This document shows, piece after piece, positions 19,372-29,307 of a stretch of 64,000 nucleotides of DNA. The stretch lies in assembly GCA_048941285.1 (NCBI GenBank), contig JBHLNS010000001.1, positions 132,878 through 196,877 of the forward strand. The letters are read 5' to 3'. Position numbers and translations under genes: made by a program. Origin of the DNA: Promethearchaeota archaeon. GTDB lineage: Archaea > Asgardarchaeota > Lokiarchaeia > Sigyniarchaeales > SOKP01. Under the pieces are notes generated by a model. The model was not told the origin of the DNA and searched no databases. It was given only the letters and a program-made list of their open reading frames with translations. Each line of letters opens with the position of its first letter. Position 1 is the stretch's first letter.

Positions 19372-20991
19372 TTAGGCGTTTTCCTCTAAGAATTGAACAA
19401 ATTTAATTTGTTCATCATAATCCATATATTTTAATTCCTCAACAATTTTATCATAATGTTTAGGTTTAACATTTGGAAGTTTACGAATTCGATTAATTAG
19501 CTTTTTTGGTATTTCTTTATATAAGTTAACTATGGCTTCGATATACTTTACTTGTTCCTCGTATGTTAAAAATGCAAGCTCTTCCAATAATTCTTTCCTT
19601 TCCTTTTTAGGAATTTTTAGATCTAATATTTGCTTTCTTAAATCTTTCGATAAAACAGCAAATATCTTTGAGAAATATTCTTTAACTAACTTCTTATCTT
19701 TTTCGTCTTTTACAGGTAGAAGAGAATCATGCAATCTTAATCTAAATTCTTCTTCTCTTCTCTCTTTTTCTTCTTCATCTATTTTGACGACTAGTTCTTC
19801 AGTTTCTTTTATTGGCACTACTTCAATTTCTTCTTTTTCAATTTTAACTTCTTCCTTCTCTGGAGTCTCACTTACTTGGGTTTCAAAAGTTTTTTCTGTA
19901 AATTTTGATTCCGTTTCTTTTTCCTCCAGAGTTACATCTAAGGGACGCTCCAATTTTCTATATGGCATAGGGGGTATTGGGGGGCTTGGTGGGAGTGGTG
20001 GTGATGGAGCATATATTACTGGTTTTTCAATTTTGGATATCTCTTGAATTTTTTTAGAGGGTTTACCATAACATAAGATAATTATTAATATACCTTTTAG
20101 CAGGATAAAAATGCCTGCCGCAAAAAACATCGTTCCGAAAATCCCCAGAATGATAAACTTAATGCCATCTTTTGAAACAAATTTTTGTTTTTCTTTGATT
20201 CTTTTTTTCATTCCACCGTCTATAAGTAAAACCACTATTGCAATTAATAGAAAAATAAAATAGATTAGTATTCCTAAGGGGATTTTGATACCAAAGGGTA
20301 AACTTATTAGGGTACTGCCACCATTTGGGAGATATATCCCTTCTGAAAATGCTCTATAAATGCCGTATAGTATGATTATAAATCCTGCTTTATTAGAAAA
20401 GTAATTCAATGAATTTTTTGCTAGTAAACCATAGTCGTAGATTTTAAACTCTTTATTTTGGGAGTTTGTTAACACAAATATTATGATAAAAATACCTTTG
20501 ATTAGAATAATCACACCTAAACCATACATAATACAGCCTAATATTCCCCAAGAGAATGAATCTAGAAATATTTCATTGTATCTTTTATCCTTTACTTTTT
20601 GACTAATATGAATCCTATCATAGGTTATCAGAAATAAGCAAATTAGGATTTTTAAAATATTGTCTATAAGGCTTCCAAGGATACAATACGGAAATAAATT
20701 AAAAAATATTGATACTACTAAATAAAAGAAAAAAATGAATAAAGGTATAGCAGATATTTTATTTAAAATTTGAATAAACTTATCTAAACTAGATGACTTT
20801 TTTTCAGGTAAGGTATGATACTGTTTTTTCTCCCTTCTATAAGGAGTTGGAGCAGGCTTGAACTCCACTCCTTCCAAAATAAACGGAGAACCACATCTTT
20901 CACAATAAACTTGAATATTACTTTCGATTAAATGAGAAAGATCTTGAGGGAATACATATCCGCATTCTCTACAGACAAAAATTTTACTCAT
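19372..20991 (-). CDS. Membrane protein with N-terminal zinc ribbon, polyproline linker and duplicated helical C-terminal domain
   Basis: CRECG..CERCG, multiple TM helices, PSPPLPPSPPIPP, EELAFLTYEEQVKY / EELKYMDYDEQIKF. Confidence 0.65.
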   Translation of the reverse strand: MSKIFVCRECGYVFPQDLSHLIESNIQVYCERCGSPFILEGVEFKPAPTPYRREKKQYHTLPEKKSSSLDKFIQILNKISAIPLFIFFFYLVVSIFFNLFPYCILGSLIDNILKILICLFLITYDRIHISQKVKDKRYNEIFLDSFSWGILGCIMYGLGVIILIKGIFIIIFVLTNSQNKEFKIYDYGLLAKNSLNYFSNKAGFIIILYGIYRAFSEGIYLPNGGSTLISLPFGIKIPLGILIYFIFLLIAIVVLLIDGGMKKRIKEKQKFVSKDGIKFIILGIFGTMFFAAGIFILLKGILIIILCYGKPSKKIQEISKIEKPVIYAPSPPLPPSPPIPPMPYRKLERPLDVTLEEKETESKFTEKTFETQVSETPEKEEVKIEKEEIEVVPIKETEELVVKIDEEEKERREEEFRLRLHDSLLPVKDEKDKKLVKEYFSKIFAVLSKDLRKQILDLKIPKKERKELLEELAFLTYEEQVKYIEAIVNLYKEIPKKLINRIRKLPNVKPKHYDKIVEELKYMDYDEQIKFVQFLEENA

Positions 20992-21066
20992 CCTTTACAA
21001 TCACACCTTTGTTATAATCATTTATATTTACTTTAATTATTTTCGAATAATATGGATAAAATGAGA

Positions 21067-21552
21067 TTAATGAGAGACAGTGACTGGTTGAATTGCTTGC
21101 TGTCTTCTTAATTTTGTACCACAATTGACACAAAATACAATTTGACTTGCTTCTAAGTGATATTTCATTTTTTTAGTAATTTTCCTTCCACATTCACTGC
21201 AATATTCTAATAAAACCTGAGATCCCTTAGTATAATTATTCTGATCATTAACTTTATGATTACTAATTGACTTAGATTTTGATTTACCTGAAATTAAAAG
21301 ATAAAAACCTTCAAATAATCTAAAAATTCCATAACCAATATATTTAAGAAGGTAATAAATGCCTTTTATGGTATAGTAAATTAAATATGCGATTCCTTTA
21401 ATGATGAAATACAGTAAAGTTACCGCTAAAGCCAATAGCGCTATAATACCAATAATTGCTAACACTTGCCCATAAAGAGGTTGTTCTAAATACCATTCTA
21501 TAAAAACTTTATACCAAATTCCAATGTTTTCAAGAAAAGTTTCCCAATCCAT
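21067..21552 (-). CDS. Small membrane protein with C-terminal zinc ribbon
   Basis: Hydrophobic helix, YxxIKGI repeats, CSECG..CVNCG. Confidence 0.65.
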   Translation of the reverse strand: MDWETFLENIGIWYKVFIEWYLEQPLYGQVLAIIGIIALLALAVTLLYFIIKGIAYLIYYTIKGIYYLLKYIGYGIFRLFEGFYLLISGKSKSKSISNHKVNDQNNYTKGSQVLLEYCSECGRKITKKMKYHLEASQIVFCVNCGTKLRRQQAIQPVTVSH

Positions 21553-21658
21553 AATTATTTTTCTTATTTTTATTTACTTTTTCTTAATGAAGAAGTATTA
21601 AGAATTGATTTTAAAATTCTTGGAGTCCAATTTTTGAAATGTCAAAGGATGAATTTAA

Positions 21659-22162
21659 TTATATTTTTATTAGATTATTCCAATCTAGAGTTAAAACTGT
21701 ATTATGAAGGGAATGATCGTCATCAACTATGTTATATTTTAGATTAGTAAAAATGCTTTCAGCATAGATTCGAGAGTAGTTTAATGGAACTATTTTATCA
21801 CGTTTACCATGATATATTATAACAGGAATATCAACTTTAGAATAAACCTTAGGATTTAAATTATGATTAGATAAATATGGAGCAAGTAAAACCAATTTTG
21901 ATATCTTTTCACGGTTTTGGTATGTATAAATAGTCGCCATAAGGCCTCCAAAACTAGACCCTATAATAATCCAGGGCGTTTTTTTATTTAATATTGAATA
22001 TAACTTTTCCATTCGGATTTCTAGTAATTTTTTAAGTGAAATTTTTGAATTAAATTTTTCAAAATCGGGAGTTAGACATGATGGCAACCATTTTTGAAGG
22101 AGTCGCCCTTTAAAACCATTTCCTGAACTTTCAAGCCCATGAATAAAAATAATATTTTGCAT
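21659..22162 (-). CDS. Alpha/beta hydrolase (YqiA-like esterase)
   Basis: FIHGLES, GSSFGG nucleophile elbow, HG.RD, DDHSL. Confidence 0.88.
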   Translation of the reverse strand: MQNIIFIHGLESSGNGFKGRLLQKWLPSCLTPDFEKFNSKISLKKLLEIRMEKLYSILNKKTPWIIIGSSFGGLMATIYTYQNREKISKLVLLAPYLSNHNLNPKVYSKVDIPVIIYHGKRDKIVPLNYSRIYAESIFTNLKYNIVDDDHSLHNTVLTLDWNNLIKI

Positions 22163-22176
22163 TATTATAATAAGTT

Positions 22177-23235
22177 TTAAGATTCTCTCTCAATAGAAAG
22201 ATTCTCCATTTCTTCTTTCAATAGTTTCATTTCTTTTTTATGACCAAAATAAACTAACAAACCAAATATCGAAAAATAAACCGTAAGAATAGTCAATGTA
22301 TAAAAATAATATATGTAGGTATAACTCATAAAATGTAAAGCTAAACCTATAATAAATCCGGTTAATAATCTAGATTCAGTAGAGCTTTTTCTTAATAGAA
22401 GTCTTTGAGTTCCCCAATCAATTAACCCTGGTATAGGAAGAATAATACATAGAATTAAAGCAATTTCAGCACTAAACTCAATTTGGTAAATTTTAAATAC
22501 TAAATATGTAGTAAAAAGAGCTATCAACCCGCCAAGTATTACACCTGAGCATCTTGAACAAAAATAAATTTTAGTCCTACCAAACTTAAGATAAAATGTA
22601 TGATCACTTGCTGAGATAGGATGATGAGTTAAAAACATATAATACAATTGTTTTTCTTCATTAGCAAGCGCTTTATCATAAAGAAATAATAAAACTGGAA
22701 CTATAAGTAAAACTGATACAAGCATCGTGAATAGGAACTTGACGCCAAAATTAACAAAAATTATATCAAGCGTAAATTGACCAGGATAAAAGATAATTTG
22801 AAAAACGATTATGAGAGAGGAAACTATAAAAGATGTGATAATTAATGCTAAGAGTGTATAAAAAACATTTATATTTTTGTAATATTTTGAAGGCTGGTAT
22901 TTATAAATTCCTACCAGAAAACCATAAATTGCGATAATAACACACCATTCAAGGTAAATACTGTCATAAAATGCTAATTGAAAAATAAATTCTCCTAAAA
23001 AACCAGAAATTAAACCATTAATAGGACCTGCTAAAACAGTTAGAAATGTAAAAAGTAAGAGTGTTATTCCAAAATGAATAGAAAACTCTTGATTATTTAT
23101 AAATACAGTGGAAATTGAGCCAAAAGGTTCAGAAATATATACATATGAGATTGTAATAAAAGCAATAATTAATAAATTTAAAAAAATACGTCTTAAAATA
23201 CCATATTGCCCTTCATTATGAGCAGAGTCAGTCAA
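22177..23235 (-). CDS. ECF S-component-like domain fused to DUF2085-like membrane domain
   Basis: N-terminal AGPINGLISGFLGEFI (S-component-like); C-terminal FCSRCSG..IDWGTQ..SRLLTGF (DUF2085-like). Confidence 0.65.
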   Translation of the reverse strand: MTDSAHNEGQYGILRRIFLNLLIIAFITISYVYISEPFGSISTVFINNQEFSIHFGITLLLFTFLTVLAGPINGLISGFLGEFIFQLAFYDSIYLEWCVIIAIYGFLVGIYKYQPSKYYKNINVFYTLLALIITSFIVSSLIIVFQIIFYPGQFTLDIIFVNFGVKFLFTMLVSVLLIVPVLLFLYDKALANEEKQLYYMFLTHHPISASDHTFYLKFGRTKIYFCSRCSGVILGGLIALFTTYLVFKIYQIEFSAEIALILCIILPIPGLIDWGTQRLLLRKSSTESRLLTGFIIGLALHFMSYTYIYYFYTLTILTVYFSIFGLLVYFGHKKEMKLLKEEMENLSIERES

Positions 23236-23283
23236 GATATCTTCTTAATTATTTTTATTTATTATAATTTGTTAGATTTAGTT

Positions 23284-23943
23284 TTAGTTAAAAATTGTAT
23301 CCAGTTCTTCAATTAATTTCTCTTTCGTCATTTCAAAACCCATGCGTAATACTTTTAGAATTATGTTTCTTCCGAGAGGAACTTTTAAAATTGAATCATC
23401 TTGTTCTACAATAGAGATTCCTTCATCATTATAATCTAACTGACGCTTTAATGCTTGATATGCTTTTTCTTTTGATTTAAATGCTACCCTTGATAGTTCA
23501 TTATAATCCTTAACATCATCTTTTACGTTAAAAATAATGATAGTTTCTTCTACTTGGGTGATAAAACATTTCTTAGTAACTTCTTCCAACTTTTTATAAT
23601 TGCGATGCGTGTCTTTACACTGGATATATGTCTGGTCATTTTTTAGGTAGATAGGAAAGTTTTTATTAATAATTCTATTCAACTGTTCTTTAGAGCCATT
23701 TCCATTTTGGATAAATTCCTTCGCAGAATCAAGAGTAACTTTTATTTGTTCTAATGTTCCCACTTTTGCATCTTTATCAGACCAATATTTATAAAAAGAT
23801 TTAACAATTGGTTTAACAACCCAATTGAGAGAACCCACATCTAATTCAGAGTCTAGAATATCTCGGCCGTAATTAAGGCTGGTTTCCATTTGTTCAATCA
23901 TTCTTTTTTCTAAGATCTTGTAATTTCTGTCTAAGTATTCCAT
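23284..23943 (-). CDS. Hypothetical protein (tandem paralog A)
   Basis: 219-aa ORF, GGAG Shine-Dalgarno, similar along its length to 24054-24716. Confidence 0.75.
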   Translation of the reverse strand: MEYLDRNYKILEKRMIEQMETSLNYGRDILDSELDVGSLNWVVKPIVKSFYKYWSDKDAKVGTLEQIKVTLDSAKEFIQNGNGSKEQLNRIINKNFPIYLKNDQTYIQCKDTHRNYKKLEEVTKKCFITQVEETIIIFNVKDDVKDYNELSRVAFKSKEKAYQALKRQLDYNDEGISIVEQDDSILKVPLGRNIILKVLRMGFEMTKEKLIEELDTIFN

Positions 23944-24053
23944 TATTAATCTCCAATCTCTTTAATACTAGTAATTCTTGTTAGTTTAATCATTTGTTTA
24001 TTGTTATTATTTGAACTTATTTGTTAAAATCTATTATGAAATTAATACTTTGG

Positions 24054-24716
24054 CTAAATAGAATCATATGTATCGTTGAGTGATGTAATAAAATCTTTTT
24101 TAGTTAAATTAAAGCCTTGTCTAAGAGCCTTAATTATTATTTTTCTACCTATCGGGATTTTCAAAATTGATAAATCTTCTTCTACTATTTTAATCCCTCT
24201 ATCTGTAAAATTTAATTGATTCATTAAATTTTGTTCGGCTACCTCTTTTGAAGGAAAAGCAACGCGACATAAATCACCATAATTGTCAATTTCCTCTTTT
24301 ATTTCTAATAGTAAAACAACTTCTTTTAAATAATTTATAAACGTTTCTTTTGCTACTTGTTTTAATCTTTCATAATTCTTATGTGAATGCGAACATTGGC
24401 CATGTGTTTGATCTGCTTCAAGATACTTTGGGAAATTTTCTTCTAAAACTTTGTTAAAATTCTCTTCAGTTTTGCCATTGAGTAATATTTGCTTACCAGC
24501 CTCTAATGTAATTTTTATTTGTCTTAATGTTCCGGACCTAGCTTCATTTTTTGCCCAATAATCATAGAAAGTTTTCACTAATGGTTTAACAATGAAGTTT
24601 AAGATACCTGTGTCCAATTCTGTGTCTATAAGTTTTCTTCCTAAGGCAATACTACTTTCCATTTGCTCAATCATTCGTTCTTTTATAATAAGGTAATTTC
24701 TCTCTAGGTAATCCAA
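24054..24716 (-). CDS. Hypothetical protein (tandem paralog B)
   Basis: 220-aa ORF, TTG start, GGAG Shine-Dalgarno; shares YL.RNY...RMIEQME, VKP.VK.FY.YW and SILK.P.GR with paralog A. Confidence 0.75.
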   Translation of the reverse strand: MDYLERNYLIIKERMIEQMESSIALGRKLIDTELDTGILNFIVKPLVKTFYDYWAKNEARSGTLRQIKITLEAGKQILLNGKTEENFNKVLEENFPKYLEADQTHGQCSHSHKNYERLKQVAKETFINYLKEVVLLLEIKEEIDNYGDLCRVAFPSKEVAEQNLMNQLNFTDRGIKIVEEDLSILKIPIGRKIIIKALRQGFNLTKKDFITSLNDTYDSI

Positions 24717-24901
24717 CGTTTAATCTCCATATATTATACAAAACAAAAAATTAATTTCTCAAACTGAATTAATTATTAATAAAAGAATTCGGTTCTTTTA
24801 AAATGATTTCATAATCATTATAATATTAATTTTATGTGTTGAAAAATCTTTATAATCGAGATAAAATTAAACAATCAAGAGAAATTTAAAAATACTTTAA
24901 T

Positions 24902-27900
24902 ATGTCAATATATTACTTTCGCACTTTATTACTTGGTTCAGACCCAGATGCGATTCACTTTTACATATCAAGAGCTTTTGGTGAACCTGGTGAAGATAAG
25001 GAGTTTTACCTTTCATGGTATAAAGAATTAAATGTTCTAGATAATAAGTGTGATTTAGAAATTGATGCTCTTACAAATATTTCAGCGAATTTAGATGAAA
25101 TAATTCCAACGGTTGATGGAATTATATATTTTTTAAATCCTACAGTTCAGGAAGAATCCGAACTTTTTGAAATGATACTTCCGGATATTTTTTCTGTAAA
25201 GAGAGACATCCCAACGATTATAATGTTTTATGATCAAGGTGGAATACTGCCTATCTCTGTTAATGACTTATTAACACATGTATGGGTTAATTTTCCTAGC
25301 CTTGAAGCGTTTGTGAATCTCCCTCCCAATGATTTTCATCAACCACTCCAATCTTTATGTTTAGCTATGATTAATGGAGATACTCCATTAAATATTGAAA
25401 ATGCATGGATGAGATTTCCAATATTTATTCAAATGGCAAATATCTATTTTAATAATAAAAATTATTTTTATGCCGCTCAAGCGATTAGAAAGGCAGCTCA
25501 AATTGCAGATATCTATAATAAAGAAGAATTTTTTATCATTAGTGAACAAGCAGCATACATATATTCTAAAATGAATTTATTTTTAGAAGCCAGTAGAATT
25601 TTAGAGAAAGTAGATAAACGGAAATCAATAAATTTTAAACAATTGTATGCTGAAGAAATAATAAGAGAAGGTACTGTATCTTTTAAGGGAAACGAATATG
25701 AAAAGGCAGCTAAACTCTATGAAAGAGCAGCTCAATGGGCAAGTATAGAATTTTTAGATAAAGAATTTATTAATGAGGCATTTCGATTAGCAATAAATTC
25801 ATGGATTTCTGCTTGTAGTGTTGGCGATGCTTTTAGAATTTTATATAGTCTGCCTCATGAGGGAATAATTATCATTTTAAAAGAAATTTCTGATAAAATT
25901 TGCGCTGGTGCTGATTATTTAGTAAGTATTAAAAATTTTGAATTAGCAAAAGACCAACTATATAGAGCAGTTAATAGATACCAATTGGAAGATCTTTTTG
26001 ATGAATTAAAAGACTTGACAAACAAACTTAGTGAAGTTTTAATTACGCTTTTTAAATACCAAGTAAATCAACGAAAAAAACATGCTGCTAGAAACACATA
26101 TGAAGAGATCGAAAATATGTGGAGTTCCTATAAGGTAAAAAGAATAGATTTAGATTCAATATTAGAAGATTTAATTCTTCAATTTTTTGAAGTTAATAAT
26201 TTTGAAATAGCCACCATTTTAATAGATAAATTAAGTTCAAGAAAATCCAAACAACATTTAGCAAAAGTAAGAGATGAACTTGAAGATAAATATAGAGCTT
26301 TGAAAAAGAAAGAAGTGGAAGATTATATTAATAAGGGGGTTCAAGAGATAAGAAATTTTGCCGAAAGAGAAAATGAAATACTTATCGAAATGAACTCCAA
26401 AAAAATGGCTGGAGCAAATAAATTAATTAATCAAAATAATTATATAGCGGCATCAAATCTATTGGAAAAGCAAGCGGATTATCTTAAAAGTATTGGAAAA
26501 GATGAAGTAAGGGATCAAATTTTAACAAAATCTTTGGATATTTTATTAGATGGTTTAGAATTTGAAAATTTCTTCATAATTTATAATAAACTGTCAGTTG
26601 AAGTTAAAACACAATACTTAACAAGGATTTTTCCAAAATACCTTCAAAAATTAAAAGAACTTAGAGATACTTTGGATTATCATAAAATTGAGAAGATTTT
26701 TGAAAGCTCAATCAGAAAGTACCGAGATCAAGATCTTTATGATCAATCCAAGGAAATAAGCTTACTATTTAAAAAATTTATCAAAGCTGAAGCTCTAAGA
26801 ATTTTGGAAACTGAGGATAGTTTAATCACAATTAATAAAGCTGAAGTATTAATCAAAAAAGTTTTAAACATAGCTTCGGCGTATCTAGACAAAGAGGAAA
26901 ATATACAAATTACTTTTAATAAAATCTATAAGAAAATTACTGAAATTTATATTGAATTAGACAATTTGCATTTAGCCCATGTTTATAATGATAAAATTGA
27001 AAAACAAGATTATAAAACAGAACTTCATAAGAAAATAGAGAAGCTTGAAGCTAAAAAAAGTGAAATTAGAACTGAAAAAGCTAAGGAAATACGTAAAGGA
27101 GAAGAATTAAAGGAGAAAGATTCAATTATTGAAAAAAGATCGCAAGAAGCGAGATTAGACAAAGAAAATGATATGAAAGAAAGAAAAGGATTAAAAAGGG
27201 GATATTTTAAAGAAGCTTTGAATTATTTGAAAAACCAAGAGTATGATCCAGCGCTTGAAGTCTATAAAAATTCAATGAATCGATTAAATTTAACTAATAA
27301 ATATAAATTGGGAGGAGTTTCTTTAGCTATAGCGAGTTTAATACTTATGAAACAAAATAGATTTAATGAGGCGAAAAATTTACTAACTGAAACGCAAAAG
27401 AAATTAACTGGCTTAGGTAAGTTATTTTCTGAAACATTTGCGGTAACATTAATAGAATATGTTATAGATTTGAAAATATTTGAAGATGAGGAAAAATTCA
27501 AAAAATCTCTGACATATTTTGAAAATCTACCTTTATTTGAAGAAGAATTGGCTTTAGTAAACGACTTATTTGGAAAAGAACATGAAAAAGACCACATGGA
27601 GATTAAACTAAGTGAAGAATTAATTTTAGAAGACCTTGAAAATAAAGAATTGCTTTCACGAGAAGAGTTTGGAGAACAATCTAAATTACAAGTAGATTTG
27701 AGTCAAAGATATGATAAACTTCAGATGAAAGCAGCAGATTTTAAAAGAGATCAGGAACACATGTTGAAAAAGAGAAGCGCAATGATAAAAAGGTATTATT
27801 CGCCTGTATTAGAACAGCTAAAATCACAAAATTATGATGAAATAGCAAAAGAATATTTAAAATTAGCAAATAAATTTTTCACTAAGATAAAAGATTTTGA

Positions 27901-28159
27901 AACTAGTTCGTTAATGATGATTTTACATGGATTAGCTCTATTAAAAGCGGGAGAACCTTTAAAATTAATTAAAAACAATATAAATGCCTATTTAAATAGT
28001 CTAGGCGTAAATAAAAAATTAGTGGAAGAAACTTTTTATATAATGCTCATTTTCTTACTGATTGATGTAAGATTATATAATTTTGGAAAATATATGACTA
28101 AAATAAAAGAAATGTTGAAAATTTTGCCTCTTTTTGAAGAAGAGAAAACTCTAATCTAA
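24902..28159 (+). CDS. Large helical-repeat (TPR/SNAP-like) protein with degenerate N-terminal small-GTPase-like domain
   Basis: N-terminal FRTLLLG...DGIIYFLN...IPTIIM pattern; TPR-like YEKAAKLYERAA; duplicated C-terminal module ending LPLFEEE. Confidence 0.6.
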   Translation: MSIYYFRTLLLGSDPDAIHFYISRAFGEPGEDKEFYLSWYKELNVLDNKCDLEIDALTNISANLDEIIPTVDGIIYFLNPTVQEESELFEMILPDIFSVKRDIPTIIMFYDQGGILPISVNDLLTHVWVNFPSLEAFVNLPPNDFHQPLQSLCLAMINGDTPLNIENAWMRFPIFIQMANIYFNNKNYFYAAQAIRKAAQIADIYNKEEFFIISEQAAYIYSKMNLFLEASRILEKVDKRKSINFKQLYAEEIIREGTVSFKGNEYEKAAKLYERAAQWASIEFLDKEFINEAFRLAINSWISACSVGDAFRILYSLPHEGIIIILKEISDKICAGADYLVSIKNFELAKDQLYRAVNRYQLEDLFDELKDLTNKLSEVLITLFKYQVNQRKKHAARNTYEEIENMWSSYKVKRIDLDSILEDLILQFFEVNNFEIATILIDKLSSRKSKQHLAKVRDELEDKYRALKKKEVEDYINKGVQEIRNFAERENEILIEMNSKKMAGANKLINQNNYIAASNLLEKQADYLKSIGKDEVRDQILTKSLDILLDGLEFENFFIIYNKLSVEVKTQYLTRIFPKYLQKLKELRDTLDYHKIEKIFESSIRKYRDQDLYDQSKEISLLFKKFIKAEALRILETEDSLITINKAEVLIKKVLNIASAYLDKEENIQITFNKIYKKITEIYIELDNLHLAHVYNDKIEKQDYKTELHKKIEKLEAKKSEIRTEKAKEIRKGEELKEKDSIIEKRSQEARLDKENDMKERKGLKRGYFKEALNYLKNQEYDPALEVYKNSMNRLNLTNKYKLGGVSLAIASLILMKQNRFNEAKNLLTETQKKLTGLGKLFSETFAVTLIEYVIDLKIFEDEEKFKKSLTYFENLPLFEEELALVNDLFGKEHEKDHMEIKLSEELILEDLENKELLSREEFGEQSKLQVDLSQRYDKLQMKAADFKRDQEHMLKKRSAMIKRYYSPVLEQLKSQNYDEIAKEYLKLANKFFTKIKDFETSSLMMILHGLALLKAGEPLKLIKNNINAYLNSLGVNKKLVEETFYIMLIFLLIDVRLYNFGKYMTKIKEMLKILPLFEEEKTLI

Positions 28160-28181
28160 AATTAATTTTCAAAAAGACTTT

Positions 28182-29105
28182 TTAATCCACCATATTCGCA
28201 TAATTTTGTAAATCTTTAACTCTCATTCTGAGGGTTACTTCAGTAACGCGCGCTAATTTACTAATCTCCTTCTGTGTTCGATTTTCATTACAAATTTTAG
28301 ACCCTATATAAATTGCTGCTGCCGCAATCCCTTTTGGATCTTTTCCAGCTGAATTAAATCCACTTTCCCTAGCTTTTTCAATAATTTTAACGGCTATGTT
28401 TCGACACTTCATGGATAATTTTAATTCTTCATTAAATTTATCTACATATCGCTCACTAGAAAAGTGAGTTACTTTCAACCCTAATTTAGGTAGTACTTCC
28501 ATTAAAATTAAACGATAACTTTTAATCACTTTCTTTTTAGGGATTTGTGCAACTTTGGTAATTTCTTCAGCTGTTCTGGGTATTCCATGAACTCTTAATG
28601 CAGCAAATATCGAAGCAGATAGTAAGGTATCAATACTACGCCCCATTGTTAACTTTTTCTTTACTGTTTGGGTATAAATCCGAAGTGCGTCTTCTGCTAC
28701 AGCGTCAGGAATACCAAGTCGTTTTTGTAAACGTTGAAGATTTGGTAAAGCAATCCATAAGTTCCTTTCGTAACTAGTTGTTAGTGATCTATGAATTTTC
28801 GCTAGCCGATTGAATTTTGATTTATATTTAGGACTTAATAAAGTACCTCTTGCATCTCTTGAACCTCTAATAATTGTTCTGGGGCCAATAGGACTATACA
28901 CTCTTTCATTACTCTTTCTTTTTTGAATCTCTTCTTGGGTAAAAGCCCTCCGAGGGCTATCATCAAGAATACGAGAATATACAAATCCACAATTTAAACA
29001 AACATAGAATCCATCCTCTTCACTAATTTTTGGTGAATCACAGCAAGGGGGACCCGCCTCTGCTCCATCTTCGAAAAAATCATCATCTTCAAAATGTGCT
29101 GGCAT
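28182..29105 (-). CDS. tfb: Transcription initiation factor IIB
   Basis: Zinc ribbon CC..VCLNCG, two cyclin repeats (GRS, GKDPKGIAAAAIY, TQKEI, VTEVTLR). Confidence 0.95.
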   Translation of the reverse strand: MPAHFEDDDFFEDGAEAGPPCCDSPKISEEDGFYVCLNCGFVYSRILDDSPRRAFTQEEIQKRKSNERVYSPIGPRTIIRGSRDARGTLLSPKYKSKFNRLAKIHRSLTTSYERNLWIALPNLQRLQKRLGIPDAVAEDALRIYTQTVKKKLTMGRSIDTLLSASIFAALRVHGIPRTAEEITKVAQIPKKKVIKSYRLILMEVLPKLGLKVTHFSSERYVDKFNEELKLSMKCRNIAVKIIEKARESGFNSAGKDPKGIAAAAIYIGSKICNENRTQKEISKLARVTEVTLRMRVKDLQNYANMVD

Positions 29106-29307
29106 AGTTTATGGGATGCTAAAGGATGGTAATTGAATTTTTAATTTTCAATTTCTTAGAAATACATAAATTCTAAAATATATAAGTGTGATCTATTTCA
29201 AATTAACTTGTGAAAATTTAAATCTTTATGTTTTTAACTAGTATAGTAATAATTAAGAATAAAAATTAAATCAGACTATTAATAATAAAGAAAAATCGTT
29301 AATTGTA

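Noticed and set aside
19532-20047. 171-aa Ser/Phe-rich ORF on the + strand
   Set aside because: Antisense shadow of the Glu/Lys-rich region of the 19372-20991 gene.
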